The notes: generated from the sequence alone by a model not told the origin. 64,000 nt of DNA from Prevotella sp. (GCA_045114185.1 JBGUJY010000074.1:6688-70687); one strand, 5' to 3'; shown: positions 39,868-51,580, counted from the stretch's first letter. A program made the numbers and translations.

Positions 39868-40966
39868 TTCAATATTACAGAAATTAGACGGTCTGGAGGC
39901 TCGCTTTGAGGAGGTGTCAACACTGATTACCGACCCAGAGGTGATTGCCGACCAGAACCGTTTTGTGAGGTTAACAAAGGAATACAAAGACCTTGGTGAC
40001 ATCATGGATGTCCGCAAACGCTATATCGCTTGTCTGAATGCCATCAAGGAAGCCAAGGACATCCTAACTAACGAGGACGATCCAGAAATGAAGGAAATGG
40101 CTCGCGAGGAGCTGTCATTGAATGAGGATCTGCAACCGCAGTTGGAAGAGGAGATCAAATTGGCACTCATCCCCAAGGATCCTGAGGACGCCAAGAATGT
40201 TCAGATGGAAATCCGTGCTGGTACTGGTGGTGATGAGGCTTGTTTGTTTGCCGGAGATCTCTTCAAGATGTACAAGAGCTTCTGCGATTCCAAAGGATGG
40301 AATCTTTCCGTGACTAGCGTCAGTGAAGGTGCTGTGGGCGGTTATAAGGAAATCGACTTCGCCGTAAGTGGTGCTGATGTATATGGCACACTTAAGTACG
40401 AAAGTGGTGTACATCGTGTACAACGTGTTCCTGCCACAGAGACTCAAGGACGTATGCACACCAGTGCCGCCACTGTGGCCGTATTGCCAGAAGCAGATAA
40501 GTTCGAAGTACATATCAACGAGGGAGAAATCAAATGGGATACCTTCCGTAGTTCAGGTGCTGGTGGTCAGAACGTGAACAAGGTGGAGTCTGGTGTACGA
40601 CTTCGTTATATGTGGAAGAACCCCAATACAGGTGAAACTGAAGAAATCCTGATTGAGTGTACAGAAACGCGTGACCAGCCCAAGAACAAGGAAAGAGCTT
40701 TATCTCGCCTCTATACCTTTATATATGATAAGGAGCACCAGAAATACATGGATGATATTGCTTCACGAAGGAAGACGTTAGTATCCACAGGTGACCGCTC
40801 TGCCAAGATCCGTACCTACAACTTCCCGCAAGGACGAGTAACCGATCATCGTATTGGTTATACTACGCACGATCTGCAAGGTTTCCTTGGTGGTGATATC
40901 CAAGATATGATTGATGCCCTCACCGTGGCAGAGAATGCTGAGAGAATGAAAGAAAACGAACTATAA
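39857..40966 (+). CDS. prfA: Peptide chain release factor 1
   Basis: [20 protein letters not shown]. Confidence 0.97.
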   Translation: MENNSILQKLDGLEARFEEVSTLITDPEVIADQNRFVRLTKEYKDLGDIMDVRKRYIACLNAIKEAKDILTNEDDPEMKEMAREELSLNEDLQPQLEEEIKLALIPKDPEDAKNVQMEIRAGTGGDEACLFAGDLFKMYKSFCDSKGWNLSVTSVSEGAVGGYKEIDFAVSGADVYGTLKYESGVHRVQRVPATETQGRMHTSAATVAVLPEADKFEVHINEGEIKWDTFRSSGAGGQNVNKVESGVRLRYMWKNPNTGETEEILIECTETRDQPKNKERALSRLYTFIYDKEHQKYMDDIASRRKTLVSTGDRSAKIRTYNFPQGRVTDHRIGYTTHDLQGFLGGDIQDMIDALTVAENAERMKENEL

Positions 40967-40976
40967 AGAATTGATT

Positions 40977-41804
40977 ATGAACAGAGAAGAGCTAATCAGA
41001 CAAATCAAGCAGAAGAAGAGTTTCCTCTGCGTGGGTCTTGACACAGATCCGAAGAAGATGCCACAGTGCGTTTTCGACTTGCACGACCCCATCTTTGAGT
41101 TCAACAAGGCCATCATTGATGCTACAGCACCCTACTGCGTGGCCTATAAGCCGAACCTGGCTTTCTATGAGGCCTACGGACTGAAAGGTCTGGAAGCGTT
41201 TGTCAAGACGTGCGAGTATTTGAAGGAAAGTCATCCGCACCATCTGATCATTGCTGACGCTAAGCGCGGTGATATTGGTAATACCAGTCAGATGTATGCC
41301 CGCACCTTCTTTGATGAGTACGATATTGATGCCCTTACCGTGGCTCCCTATATGGGTGAAGATTCAGTAACGCCCTTCCTTCAGTACGAAGGGAAATGGG
41401 TAGTGCTGCTGGCACTGACCAGTAACAAGGGTTCCTATGATTTCCAGCTCATGGAAGATGCACAAGGCGAACGTCTCTTTGAGAAGGTGATCAAGAAATC
41501 GCAGGAATGGGGAACCATCGACAACATGATGTATGTGGTAGGCGCCACACAAGGTCGTATGTTTGAGGACATCCGTAAACTGGCTCCTGATCATTTCCTT
41601 CTCGTCCCTGGCGTAGGTGCACAAGGTGGCAGTCTGCATGAGGTATGCGAATATGGTATGAACAAGGACTGCGGATTGCTCGTGAACTCTTCTCGTGGCA
41701 TTATCTATGCTTCCAATGATGATCATTTTGCAGAGATCGCAGGAAACAAGGCACGAGAACTGCAACAGGAAATGGCTGAGGAATTAAAGCGAATAGGCTT
41801 TTGA
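40977..41804 (+). CDS. pyrF: Orotidine-5'-phosphate decarboxylase
   Basis: [28 protein letters not shown]. Confidence 0.96.
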   Translation: MNREELIRQIKQKKSFLCVGLDTDPKKMPQCVFDLHDPIFEFNKAIIDATAPYCVAYKPNLAFYEAYGLKGLEAFVKTCEYLKESHPHHLIIADAKRGDIGNTSQMYARTFFDEYDIDALTVAPYMGEDSVTPFLQYEGKWVVLLALTSNKGSYDFQLMEDAQGERLFEKVIKKSQEWGTIDNMMYVVGATQGRMFEDIRKLAPDHFLLVPGVGAQGGSLHEVCEYGMNKDCGLLVNSSRGIIYASNDDHFAEIAGNKARELQQEMAEELKRIGF

Positions 41805-41816
41805 TCTGAATAGAAC

Positions 41817-43037
41817 ATGAACGACAGTAAGATTATCAACGATCCGGTATTCGGTTTCATTAAGATACCACGCGGTCCGCTGTTGCAAATCGTGCAGCAT
41901 CCACTGATGCAACGACTCACACGTATCAAGCAGTTAGGACTGGCGTCTGTCGTTTATCCTGCCGCCCAGCATACACGTTTCCAGCACTCCATCGGTGCTT
42001 TCCATCTGATGAGTGAGGCTATCAGATCTCTTCAACAGAAAGGTATTTATATCTTCGACAGTGAGGAGGAAGCTGTGGAAGCAGCAATCCTGATGCATGA
42101 TATCGGTCATGGGCCCTTCTCGCATGTACTGGAGAACACCCTGATCCATGGTATCACCCATGAAGAGATCTCGTTACTGATGATGGAACAGATCAACCAA
42201 GAAATGAACGGGGCGTTGAATCTCGCCCTGATGATCTTCAAGGACGAATACCCTAAACGGTTCCTCCATCAGCTCATTAGTAGTCAGCTGGATGTGGATC
42301 GTCTCGACTACCTCAGACGCGACTCGTTCTTCACGGGTGTCACAGAGGGAAACATTGGCTCTGCCCGCATCATCAAGATGCTTGATGTGGTGGATGACAA
42401 GCTGGTGGTGAACTCGAAAGGTATCTATTCCATAGAAAATTTCCTGACAACCCGACGGTTGATGTACTGGCAGGTGTATCTGCACAAAACGGCCGTTGCC
42501 TGTGAGAAAGTGTTGGTCAACACGTTGCTAAGAGCCAAGTATCTGGTCATGAACGGAGAAGATGTCTTCGCTCCCCCATCCTTGAAATATTTCCTCGTCA
42601 ACGAGGTGGATGCTGACTGGTTTAACGAGCACGAAGAGGCGCTTCATCACTATGAGATGCTGGATGATAATGATATCTGGAGTGCCATCAAAGTGTGGAT
42701 GGATAGTCATGACAAAATCTTGTCAATCCTTGCCACTAACCTCATTCATAGAAACATCTTCCAAGTGGAGGTGCATGAGCAACCTATCACGGAGGAACGA
42801 CTGGCTGACTTGCGCAAGGAAATTAGTGAGAAGACGGGTATTGACGAGAAGGATGCACACTACTTGATGAATGTCAGTGTGATTCAAAAAGACATGTATG
42901 ATGTGAATGATGACCGTATCGGAATTCTCTACAAAGATGGTACAATACGGGATATTGCGGAGAGTTCAGAAATATTAAATATTAGCCTATTATCCAAAAA
43001 AATTCGCAAATATTACCTCTGTTATCAAAGATTATGA
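41817..43037 (+). CDS. HD-domain phosphohydrolase (SAMHD1/dNTPase-like)
   Basis: QRLTRIKQLG, HTRFQHS, HDIGHGPFSH, DVDRLDY. Confidence 0.9.
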   Translation: MNDSKIINDPVFGFIKIPRGPLLQIVQHPLMQRLTRIKQLGLASVVYPAAQHTRFQHSIGAFHLMSEAIRSLQQKGIYIFDSEEEAVEAAILMHDIGHGPFSHVLENTLIHGITHEEISLLMMEQINQEMNGALNLALMIFKDEYPKRFLHQLISSQLDVDRLDYLRRDSFFTGVTEGNIGSARIIKMLDVVDDKLVVNSKGIYSIENFLTTRRLMYWQVYLHKTAVACEKVLVNTLLRAKYLVMNGEDVFAPPSLKYFLVNEVDADWFNEHEEALHHYEMLDDNDIWSAIKVWMDSHDKILSILATNLIHRNIFQVEVHEQPITEERLADLRKEISEKTGIDEKDAHYLMNVSVIQKDMYDVNDDRIGILYKDGTIRDIAESSEILNISLLSKKIRKYYLCYQRL

Positions 43038-43080
43038 GTTTTTTTCATTAACTTTGCACGAATAAAATAATAAAAACGAT

Positions 43081-44061
43081 ATGGAGTTTACAGCAAAACA
43101 GATCGCTGAGCTTATTCAAGGCCGCGTGGAAGGTGACGAGAATGTGGCCATTAACACGTTCGCAAAGATTGAAGAAGGTAAGGCGGGAGCAATCTCCTTC
43201 TTATCCAATCCAAAATATCTGCATTATATTTATGAAACGAAGTCAAGCATCGTCTTAATCAACGATGACGTAGAGTTGGAGAAGCCGGTCAGCGCTACCC
43301 TCATTCGTGTCAAGAACGCTTATGAGAGTGTGGCCAAGCTTCTGCAGCTGTACGAAAGTATGAAGACTAAGAAGACGGGTATTGACCCCTTAGCATTTGT
43401 CTCATCATCTGCTAAGATCGGAAAGGACTGCTATATCGCTCCTTTTGCTTGCATTGGTGACAATGTGGTGATAGGTGACAATACACGCATCTATCCTCAT
43501 GTGACGATCTATCATGACTGTCGTATCGGAAACCGTGTAACCATTCATGCTGGTTCTGTAATTGGTGCTGACGGCTTCGGCTTTGCTCCCAATGCTGAAG
43601 GATATGACAAGATTCCGCAGATTGGTAATGTAATTATCGAAGATGATGTGGAGATTGGTGCCAACACTTGTGTGGATCGTTCTACCATGGGTAGTACCAT
43701 CATCCATAAAGGTGTGAAGCTGGATAACTTGGTACAGATTGCCCATAACGTTGAGGTTGGTGAGAACACCGTCATGTCTGCACAAGTGGGTATTGCTGGT
43801 AGCACAAAGGTTGGCAAATGGTGTATGTTCGGTGGTCAGGCTGGCTTTGCAGGACATATCACTGTTGGTGACAAGACATTCGTGGGTGCCCAGTGCGGTG
43901 TGAACAGCAGTGTGAAGGGTAACCAGAGTCTGATTGGTAGTCCTGCCATCGAACCCAAGAATTTCTTCAAATCCAGCGTTCTCTTCAAGAAGTTGCCTGA
44001 CATCTACAAGCAACTGAATGATCTCCAGAAAGAGGTTGAAGAATTGAAGAGCAAATTATAA
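43081..44061 (+). CDS. lpxD: UDP-3-O-acylglucosamine N-acyltransferase
   Basis: Hexapeptide repeats, [18 protein letters not shown]; promoter TAACTTTG at 43049-43056. Confidence 0.96.
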   Translation: MEFTAKQIAELIQGRVEGDENVAINTFAKIEEGKAGAISFLSNPKYLHYIYETKSSIVLINDDVELEKPVSATLIRVKNAYESVAKLLQLYESMKTKKTGIDPLAFVSSSAKIGKDCYIAPFACIGDNVVIGDNTRIYPHVTIYHDCRIGNRVTIHAGSVIGADGFGFAPNAEGYDKIPQIGNVIIEDDVEIGANTCVDRSTMGSTIIHKGVKLDNLVQIAHNVEVGENTVMSAQVGIAGSTKVGKWCMFGGQAGFAGHITVGDKTFVGAQCGVNSSVKGNQSLIGSPAIEPKNFFKSSVLFKKLPDIYKQLNDLQKEVEELKSKL

Positions 44062-44088
44062 ACGAAAATCCATAAAACGAATCATTAT

Positions 44089-45474
44089 ATGTTGAAACAA
44101 AAAACACTGAAAGGTAGTTTTTCCCTCTTTGGGAAGGGCCTGCATACAGGTCTGAGTCTGACGGTTACATTCAATCCCGCACCAGAGAATACGGGTTATA
44201 GAATTCAGCGTATCGACTTGGAAGGTGAACCCACCATCGATGCTGTAGCTGAGAATGTGATTGATACTCGTCGTGGAACGGTATTAGGGAAAGGTGAAGT
44301 GCGTGTCTCTACGGTAGAGCATGGTCTGGCTGCCCTCTATGCCTTGGGTATTGATAACTGTCTGATTCAGGTGAATGGTCCTGAGTTCCCGATTCTCGAC
44401 GGTTCTGCTGACATGTATGTCAAGAAGATTACTGAGATAGGACTGGAGGAGCAGAATGCACCGAAGGATTTCTATATCATCCGTCATAAGATTGAGATCA
44501 ATGACGAAGAGTCAGGATCATGCATCACAATACTACCTGATGAAGAGTTCTCTATCACAGCTATGTGCTCTTTCGAGTCGAAGTTCATTAACAGTCAGTT
44601 TGCAACGCTCGACAAGATTGAGAACTTCGCTCAGGATATCGCTCCTGCAAGAACATTCGTCTTTGTGCGTGATATCATGCCTTTGCTTGAGGCCAACCTG
44701 ATCAAGGGTGGTGACCTGGATAATGCCATCGTAATCTACGAACGCGAGGTAACACAGGAGAAGCTGGATCATCTGGCTGACGTACTGAAGGTTCCTCACA
44801 TGGATGCTACAAAGATTGGTTATATCCAGCATAAGCCGTTGATGTGGGAGAATGAGTGTACGCGTCATAAGTTGCTCGATATCGTTGGTGACATGGCACT
44901 GATTGGTCGTCCTATCAAAGGAAGGATCATTGCTACCCGTCCGGGACATACCATCAACAACAAGTTCGCACGACTGCTCCGTAAGGAGATTCGCAAGCAT
45001 GAGGTGCAGGCTCCGTTCTATGATCCCAACGAGGCTCCCATCATGGATGTGAACCGTATCCGCGAACTTCTCCCCCATCGCTATCCGATGCAGTTGGTGG
45101 ATAAGGTGATCTCTATTGGTCCGACCAGCATTGTGGGCGTGAAGAACATCACCAGTAACGAGCCGTTCTTCCAGGGACACTTCCCACAGGAGCCTGTTAT
45201 GCCGGGTGTATTGCAGATTGAAGCTATGGCACAGTGTGGCGGTCTGCTGGTTCTCAACACCGTGGAAGAGCCTGAGCGCTGGAGCACTTATTTCATGAAG
45301 ATTACTGACGTGAAGTTCCGCCAGAAAGTGGTTCCTGGTGACACCCTCATCTTCAAGGTTGACCTTCTGGCACCTGTTCGTCATGGTGTTTCATCCATGA
45401 AAGGCTATATGTTTGTAGGTGATGCCATCGTTTCTGAGGCTACCTTTACTGCACAAATCGTCAAGAACAAATAA
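44089..45474 (+). CDS. lpxC: Bifunctional LpxC/FabZ
   Basis: TVEH, HKLLD (LpxC); LPHRYP, FQGHFP..PVMPGVLQIEAMAQ (FabZ). Confidence 0.96.
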   Translation: MLKQKTLKGSFSLFGKGLHTGLSLTVTFNPAPENTGYRIQRIDLEGEPTIDAVAENVIDTRRGTVLGKGEVRVSTVEHGLAALYALGIDNCLIQVNGPEFPILDGSADMYVKKITEIGLEEQNAPKDFYIIRHKIEINDEESGSCITILPDEEFSITAMCSFESKFINSQFATLDKIENFAQDIAPARTFVFVRDIMPLLEANLIKGGDLDNAIVIYEREVTQEKLDHLADVLKVPHMDATKIGYIQHKPLMWENECTRHKLLDIVGDMALIGRPIKGRIIATRPGHTINNKFARLLRKEIRKHEVQAPFYDPNEAPIMDVNRIRELLPHRYPMQLVDKVISIGPTSIVGVKNITSNEPFFQGHFPQEPVMPGVLQIEAMAQCGGLLVLNTVEEPERWSTYFMKITDVKFRQKVVPGDTLIFKVDLLAPVRHGVSSMKGYMFVGDAIVSEATFTAQIVKNK

Positions 45475-45480
45475 GAGTAT

Positions 45481-46251
45481 ATGAATCAGATCAGTCCTTT
45501 AGCATTTGTCCATCCCGAGGCTAAACTCGGTGACGACAATATCATCGGTCCATTCTGCTATATCGATAAGAACACCGTCATTGGTGATCATAACGTGATG
45601 CAGAACAGTGTTACCATCAACTATGGGGCACGCATCGGCAACAACAATGAGTTCATGCCGGGTGCTTCCATCAGTACGAAACCGCAGGATCTGAAATTCA
45701 AAGGAGAAGATACGATCTGCGAGATTGGCGACAACAACAGTATCCGTGAGAATGTAACTATCTCACGAGGAACAGCCAGTAAAGGCACAACCATCGTTGG
45801 CTCCAACAACCTGCTGATGGAGAATATGCATGTGGCACATGACTGTGTGATTGGCAATGGCTGTATCATTGGTAATAGTACGAAATTTGCCGGCGAGGTG
45901 GTGGTTGATGACAATGCCATCATCTCTGCTACAGTTCTCTTCCATCAGTTTATCCGCATTGGCGGTTATGTGATGGTACAAGGTGGCAGTCGTACAAGTC
46001 AGGATATTCCTCCCTACATCATAGCAGGTAAAGAACCTATACGATATGCAGGTGTAAACCTGGTGGGTTTGCGTAGAAGAGGATTCAGCAACGAGACCAT
46101 CACGCTGATTCATGATGCCTATCGACTGCTGTATAGTAAGGGTGTGCTGGCAGAAGGAATTGAGGAGATCAAGAAGAACCTGCCACTAATTCCTGAGATA
46201 CAATACATTATCGACTTCGTGCAGAGTTCCAAGCGAGGCATTATCCGCTAA
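45481..46251 (+). CDS. lpxA: UDP-N-acetylglucosamine acyltransferase
   Basis: PQDLKF, IRENVTISRGT, HVAHDC. Confidence 0.96.
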   Translation: MNQISPLAFVHPEAKLGDDNIIGPFCYIDKNTVIGDHNVMQNSVTINYGARIGNNNEFMPGASISTKPQDLKFKGEDTICEIGDNNSIRENVTISRGTASKGTTIVGSNNLLMENMHVAHDCVIGNGCIIGNSTKFAGEVVVDDNAIISATVLFHQFIRIGGYVMVQGGSRTSQDIPPYIIAGKEPIRYAGVNLVGLRRRGFSNETITLIHDAYRLLYSKGVLAEGIEEIKKNLPLIPEIQYIIDFVQSSKRGIIR

Positions 46252-46253
46252 GC

Positions 46254-47186
46254 ATGAAGACGCTGATTGTTATACTCGGCCCCACAGGCGTAGGAAAGAC
46301 AGAACTATGCCTCCGTGTGGCCGAGTATTTTCATATCCCTGTCATCAATGCTGATTCCCGTCAGATTTACAGAGGAATCCCCATTGGTACTGCCACTCCA
46401 ACCCAAGAACAGCAAGCGCGTGTAAAACATGAAATGGTAGAGATTCTCGACATTGGTGAGTATTACAATGCTTCGATGTTCGAGAATGATGTGCTGTCGT
46501 TGTTGGAGAAGCAGTTCCAACACAATGATATTGCCATGTTGAGTGGAGGAAGCATGATGTATATCGATGCGGTATGCGACGGCATGGGCGACCTTCCAAC
46601 AGTGGGTGATGAAGAGCGGACCACGATGAAGAAACGCTTGGCTGAGGAAGGACTGGATGCGCTTTGTGAAGAACTACACGAATTAGATCCCGAATACTAC
46701 GAGATTGTTGATAAGAAGAACTACCGCAGAGTAATCCATGCGTTGGAGATTATCCATACAACGGGTCAGACCTTCACTTCCTTGCGGACGGGGGAAAAGA
46801 AAGAAAGACCATTCAACATCGTGAAGATAGGACTCAACCGTGATCGGGAAGAGCTCTATGAACGTATCAACAATCGTGTGGATGCCATGATGCGTGACGG
46901 TCTGCTGGATGAGGCGAAACGATGGTATACACAACGTGACTTCCAGAGTCTGAACACCGTGGGCTACAAAGAACTCTTCGCTTACTTTGACGGTGTATGG
47001 TCATTGGAAGAAGCCGTGGAACGCATCAAGGGAAACACCCGTCGCTATTGCCGCAAACAACTCACATGGTTCAAGCGCGATGTGAACATCCGCTGGTTTA
47101 ACCTTACAGACAAGAACGCTCGATCTGATTCTTCATCCGACAACATTATTAAAGAAATCATAAAATATATCACAGATGTGATATAA
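46254..47186 (+). CDS. miaA: tRNA dimethylallyltransferase
   Basis: GPTGVGKT, ADSRQIY, TRRYCRKQLTWF. Confidence 0.95.
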   Translation: MKTLIVILGPTGVGKTELCLRVAEYFHIPVINADSRQIYRGIPIGTATPTQEQQARVKHEMVEILDIGEYYNASMFENDVLSLLEKQFQHNDIAMLSGGSMMYIDAVCDGMGDLPTVGDEERTTMKKRLAEEGLDALCEELHELDPEYYEIVDKKNYRRVIHALEIIHTTGQTFTSLRTGEKKERPFNIVKIGLNRDREELYERINNRVDAMMRDGLLDEAKRWYTQRDFQSLNTVGYKELFAYFDGVWSLEEAVERIKGNTRRYCRKQLTWFKRDVNIRWFNLTDKNARSDSSSDNIIKEIIKYITDVI

Positions 47187-47243
47187 TACACCACTTTTTT
47201 ACTACTTTTGCAGCGTTTTTCAAACGATATAGAATAAATAACA

Positions 47244-49793
47244 ATGAGTCATCATCATCACGAACATCACAGTCATCATCACCATCATAGTCATTCCCAT
47301 CATTCTTCACATCGTGGATTCTTTTCACGATTCTTTCACAAGATTGGTGGTATTTGGAGATGGTATAAGTCATTGTACAAACATCCCTGGTACATCAAGA
47401 TCCTCGTTGGACTTGTTTCCTTCCTCCTGATCTTCATTATCTACCTGGGAATGGTTGACATCAACTTCCTGTGGCTCTTTGGTAAGTCACCGGGTTATTT
47501 CTCGGGTATCAAGGATCCACAGACAAGTGAGGCTTCCGTTATCTATAGCGCTGACGGGAAAGAGATTGGTAAGTACTTTAATGAGAACCGCACTCCTGTC
47601 AAATACAGCGAGGTAAATCCTGTCTTTTGGAAAGTTCTGATCAATACGGAAGATGAACGCTTCTATAAGCATAAGGGTATTGATCCGATTGGTCTGTTCG
47701 GTGCAGCCAAAGATGCTGTCCTGCACCAGGATGCTCGTGGTGCCTCTACTATCACACAACAGTTGGCCAAGAACATGTTCCGTGTGAGAACACGTTACTC
47801 AACAGGTATCTTGGGTAAAGTACCCGGTCTTAAGATTCTGATTGTCAAGACAAAAGAATGGATCATTGCCACAAAACTTGAAACCATCTTCACCAAGGAA
47901 GAGATCCTCACCATGTATGCCAATACGGTAGATTTTGGATCGAATGCCTTTGGTATCAAGACGGCATGTAAGACCTATTTCAATACCACTCCTGACAAGT
48001 TGAAAACAGAGCAGGCTGCTGTATTGGTGGGTATGCTGAAAGCCACTACCTTCTATAATCCGATTTCGAATCCTGAGAATTGCAAGAAACGTCGTAATGT
48101 TGTTCTTGATAACTTGGTTAGAAACGGTGAACTGACCAAGCAGGCATGTGACTCTCTGAAGAAACTGGACATTAAACTGGAATACAGTGTTGAGACAAAC
48201 TATGACGGTGAAGCTCAGTATTTCCGTGAAGCCGTTGCCAATTATCTCGATGATTGGTGTACGGAAAACGGATACGACCTATATAGCAGTGGCTTGAGGA
48301 TTTATACAACCATCGATACCAAGATGCAGAAATATGCTGAAGAGGCCGTTACCAAACAGATGCGACAAGTACAGCAGAATTTCAACAGTCATTGGGGAAA
48401 CACCGATCCTTGGCAAGACGAGAACCATCGGGTAATACCCGACTTCATCGAAGGCATTGCTAAGAAACTGCCGCTCTATAAGAAACTTGAGGCCAAATAC
48501 CATAATAACCTCGATTCCATCAATGCAGAACTCAACCGTCCGCATATGGTGAAGTTGTTCGATTATGAGAATGGTACCATTGAGCGCGAGATGTCAACCA
48601 TGGACTCTATCCGCTATATGGTACACTTCATGCATTGCTCATTCGTTGCCATGGAACCGCAGAACGGTCATGTGAAAGCCTGGGTGGGTGATATCGACTT
48701 CAACTCATGGAAATATGACAAGGTGACTGCCATGCGACAGCCGGGATCAACCTTCAAGCTGTTCGTTTATACTGAAGCCATGAACCAGGGTTTGACACCT
48801 TGTGACAAGCGTCGTGATGAATATATCAGCATGGAGGTGTTCGACAAGAAAAAGAACAAGATGATCAATTGGACACCAGGTAATGCCAACGGTCGTTTCT
48901 CTGGTGACTCCCTCCCACTGAAGAGTGCCTTTGCCAAGAGTATTAACTCTGTGGCTGTTCGCTTAGGTCAGGAAATGGGAATCAAGAACATCATTGCTAC
49001 TGCCCACGACATGGGTATTCATAGTCCGCTTGATGATGAACCGTCATTGGCATTAGGATCTTCCGATGTTACCTTATTAGAAATGGTGAATGCCTATTGC
49101 TGTATCTCTCATGACGGACGACATGTAGAGCCGGTATTGGTAACACGCATTGTGGATAAAGACGGTCGTGAGGTATATGTTGCTTCCACAGAGGAGAAAC
49201 AAGTTATACCTTATAAGAGTGCTTTCCTGATGCAACAGATGATGATGGGTGGTTTGCGTGAACCGGGAGGAACATCCCAGAGTCTGTGGGGTTACATCAA
49301 TGCAGCTCCAGATACCGACTTCGGTGGTAAGACGGGTACATCCAACAACCATTCTGACGCATGGTTTATGTGTATCACTCCAAACCTCGTCTGTGGTTCA
49401 TGGGTAGGTGGTGAATACCGAAGCATTCACTTCAGAACAGGTGCATTAGGACAAGGTAGTCGTACTGCCCTACCCGTCTGTGGCTATTTCCTGCAGTCAT
49501 TGATGAGCGACAAATCATTCAAGCAATATCATGGTCATTTCAAAAAGCCGGTTGACAAAGATATTACCGACAACCTTTATAATTGTTCCAGCTACGTATC
49601 ATCCTCTGACTATGACCTGGATAATGATACAACGGGCATTATGGAAGATGAGATCTTGCTGGATGAGTATGGCAACCCCATTCTTGAGCCTATGGAGGGT
49701 GAAATACTAGAGCCGCTTGATGAGGAGGCACGTAAGAAAGAGGAGAAAAACGAGAAGGTGAAAGAACAACCTGTCACATTTGATGACCTCTAA
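47244..49793 (+). CDS. Class A penicillin-binding protein (PBP1A family) with His-rich N-terminus
   Basis: TEDERFY, GASTITQQLAKN; transpeptidase motifs STFK, SIN, KTG. Confidence 0.92.
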   Translation: MSHHHHEHHSHHHHHSHSHHSSHRGFFSRFFHKIGGIWRWYKSLYKHPWYIKILVGLVSFLLIFIIYLGMVDINFLWLFGKSPGYFSGIKDPQTSEASVIYSADGKEIGKYFNENRTPVKYSEVNPVFWKVLINTEDERFYKHKGIDPIGLFGAAKDAVLHQDARGASTITQQLAKNMFRVRTRYSTGILGKVPGLKILIVKTKEWIIATKLETIFTKEEILTMYANTVDFGSNAFGIKTACKTYFNTTPDKLKTEQAAVLVGMLKATTFYNPISNPENCKKRRNVVLDNLVRNGELTKQACDSLKKLDIKLEYSVETNYDGEAQYFREAVANYLDDWCTENGYDLYSSGLRIYTTIDTKMQKYAEEAVTKQMRQVQQNFNSHWGNTDPWQDENHRVIPDFIEGIAKKLPLYKKLEAKYHNNLDSINAELNRPHMVKLFDYENGTIEREMSTMDSIRYMVHFMHCSFVAMEPQNGHVKAWVGDIDFNSWKYDKVTAMRQPGSTFKLFVYTEAMNQGLTPCDKRRDEYISMEVFDKKKNKMINWTPGNANGRFSGDSLPLKSAFAKSINSVAVRLGQEMGIKNIIATAHDMGIHSPLDDEPSLALGSSDVTLLEMVNAYCCISHDGRHVEPVLVTRIVDKDGREVYVASTEEKQVIPYKSAFLMQQMMMGGLREPGGTSQSLWGYINAAPDTDFGGKTGTSNNHSDAWFMCITPNLVCGSWVGGEYRSIHFRTGALGQGSRTALPVCGYFLQSLMSDKSFKQYHGHFKKPVDKDITDNLYNCSSYVSSSDYDLDNDTTGIMEDEILLDEYGNPILEPMEGEILEPLDEEARKKEEKNEKVKEQPVTFDDL

Positions 49794-49972
49794 TGAATGT
49801 AAAAAATCGTGCTTCTCACGCAAATTACTTTTAACAGCCCTCTCTCTATTGTTAAAAGAGGACAAATGAATGGGACAAAATGGCAGATTAACAAATTTTG
49901 CGTCTATTTTTGCACATATCTTTTCGATAGATAACTGTCAAGAATTGAAGTAAAACAACTAATAAACAGAAA

Positions 49973-51484
49973 ATGAACATGAAAAAAGTATCAAACTATT
50001 TGGTGTATGCCATGTGCATCATTGCCATGGCATTTTCAGCAGGTTCTTTCATGAAAGTCTATGCCAACAAGTCACCGTTTGTTTCATCATCATCGAGTGC
50101 TGCTCCTGGACAGCCCGTTGATCTGACCTATGCGGCAGAGAAAGCGCTTCCTTCCGTGGTTACGATCAGGGTCGTGCAGAATAGCAAGACACAGATTATT
50201 GAACGACAGGTTGACCCGTTTGAGGATTTCTTCAATGATCCGTTCGGTTTCTTCGGTAGCCCGAACAACGGACAAGGCAATACAAGAAGATATAGACAGC
50301 AGACCCCAAAGCGTCAGGGATCAGGTTCAGGTGTGATCATCTCTACAGACGGATATGTTGTTACTAACAACCACGTGGTTGACGGTGCTGATGAGATTAC
50401 CGTAATCCTTACCGACAACCGTGAGTTCTCTGCTAAGGTGATTGGTACTGATGCCAATTCCGACCTAGCTCTGATCAAGGTGAACGGCAAAGACCTTCCC
50501 GCAATTACCATTGCTGACAGTCAGAACTTGAAGATTGGTGAGTGGGTATTGGCCATCGGTAACCCCTTCTCTATCGGTACAACAGTTACTGCAGGTATCG
50601 TCAGTGCCAAGGCTCGTCAGATGAATGATGAGAGAAGTGTCAATGCCGTACAGAGTTTCATCCAGACTGATGCTGCCATCAACCGTGGTAACTCTGGTGG
50701 TGCCCTCGTCAATGCCAATGGCGAGCTTGTAGGTATCAATGCTATGCTCTACTCAGAAACAGGATCTTATAGCGGTTATGGCTTCGCTATTCCTACTTCT
50801 ATTATGAATAAGGTGGTGAGCGACCTGAAAGCTTACGGTACAGTTCAGCGTGCACTGATTGGTATTCAAGGACAGGATTTGAATGCCTATACTGATGGTT
50901 TGAAGAACCAGGGTAAGGATGTTCCCGACTTCGGCGTGATCAATGGTATCTATGTAGGTAAGGTTGTTGATGACGGTGCTGGTGCAGCAGCAGGTCTGAA
51001 AGAAGGTGATGTGATCACTGCTATCGACGGTAAGCCTCTCAAGGCTATGGCTGAACTGCAGGAGTACCTCGCTAACAAGCGTCCTGGTGACAAGGTTACT
51101 CTTACCTATATGCGCAACAAAGACAAGAAGACTGCTCATGTCACCTTGAAGAATGCACAAGGTAATACCAAAGTGGTGAAGACAGCTGATCTCGATGTAC
51201 TGGGTGCAAACATCCGCGAGGTGAATGCCGAAGAGAAGAAACAGTTGGAGATCAACTACGGTCTGAAGGTAACCAAGGTAGGTAACGGAGCCCTCAGAAA
51301 GGCACGTATCACCGATGGCTTCATCATCCTGAATGCTAACGATGAGCCGATGCGTACTGTGGCTGATCTGCAGGAGGCCGTGAAATCAGCTTCAACCAGC
51401 AGTGATCCGGTTCTCTACATCAAAGGTATCTATTCTACAGGTAAGAAAGCCTACTTCGTAGTAGAACTAAGTGATGAAGAATAA
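49973..51484 (+). CDS. degP: HtrA/DegP serine protease with two PDZ domains
   Basis: TNNHVV, DLAL, TDAAINRGNSGG. Confidence 0.92.
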   Translation: MNMKKVSNYLVYAMCIIAMAFSAGSFMKVYANKSPFVSSSSSAAPGQPVDLTYAAEKALPSVVTIRVVQNSKTQIIERQVDPFEDFFNDPFGFFGSPNNGQGNTRRYRQQTPKRQGSGSGVIISTDGYVVTNNHVVDGADEITVILTDNREFSAKVIGTDANSDLALIKVNGKDLPAITIADSQNLKIGEWVLAIGNPFSIGTTVTAGIVSAKARQMNDERSVNAVQSFIQTDAAINRGNSGGALVNANGELVGINAMLYSETGSYSGYGFAIPTSIMNKVVSDLKAYGTVQRALIGIQGQDLNAYTDGLKNQGKDVPDFGVINGIYVGKVVDDGAGAAAGLKEGDVITAIDGKPLKAMAELQEYLANKRPGDKVTLTYMRNKDKKTAHVTLKNAQGNTKVVKTADLDVLGANIREVNAEEKKQLEINYGLKVTKVGNGALRKARITDGFIILNANDEPMRTVADLQEAVKSASTSSDPVLYIKGIYSTGKKAYFVVELSDEE

Positions 51485-51504
51485 ACAATAACGAACTCTC
51501 CAAC

Positions 51505-51551
51505 AAAATGCCAATTATACGATAAATCATCAAATAATTGGCATTTTTTTT
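51505..51551 (+). terminator. Rho-independent terminator after degP
   Basis: AAAATGCCAATTAT...ATAATTGGCATTTT followed by a T-run. Confidence 0.7.
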
Positions 51552-51580
51552 GGGGATTTGTATGAAAAGCAGTATTTTTG
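51549..51580 (+). promoter_or_regulatory. rpoD promoter
   Basis: TTTG-N20-TATTTTTG. Confidence 0.65.

Noticed and set aside
44533..45384. Long antisense ORFs (also 16042-16743, 33050-33700, 43405-44013, 8511-9152)
   Set aside because: They lie opposite conserved genes and are explained by codon bias that leaves the antisense frame free of stops
44089..45474. LpxC-FabZ fusion as a novelty
   Set aside because: Standard in Bacteroidota
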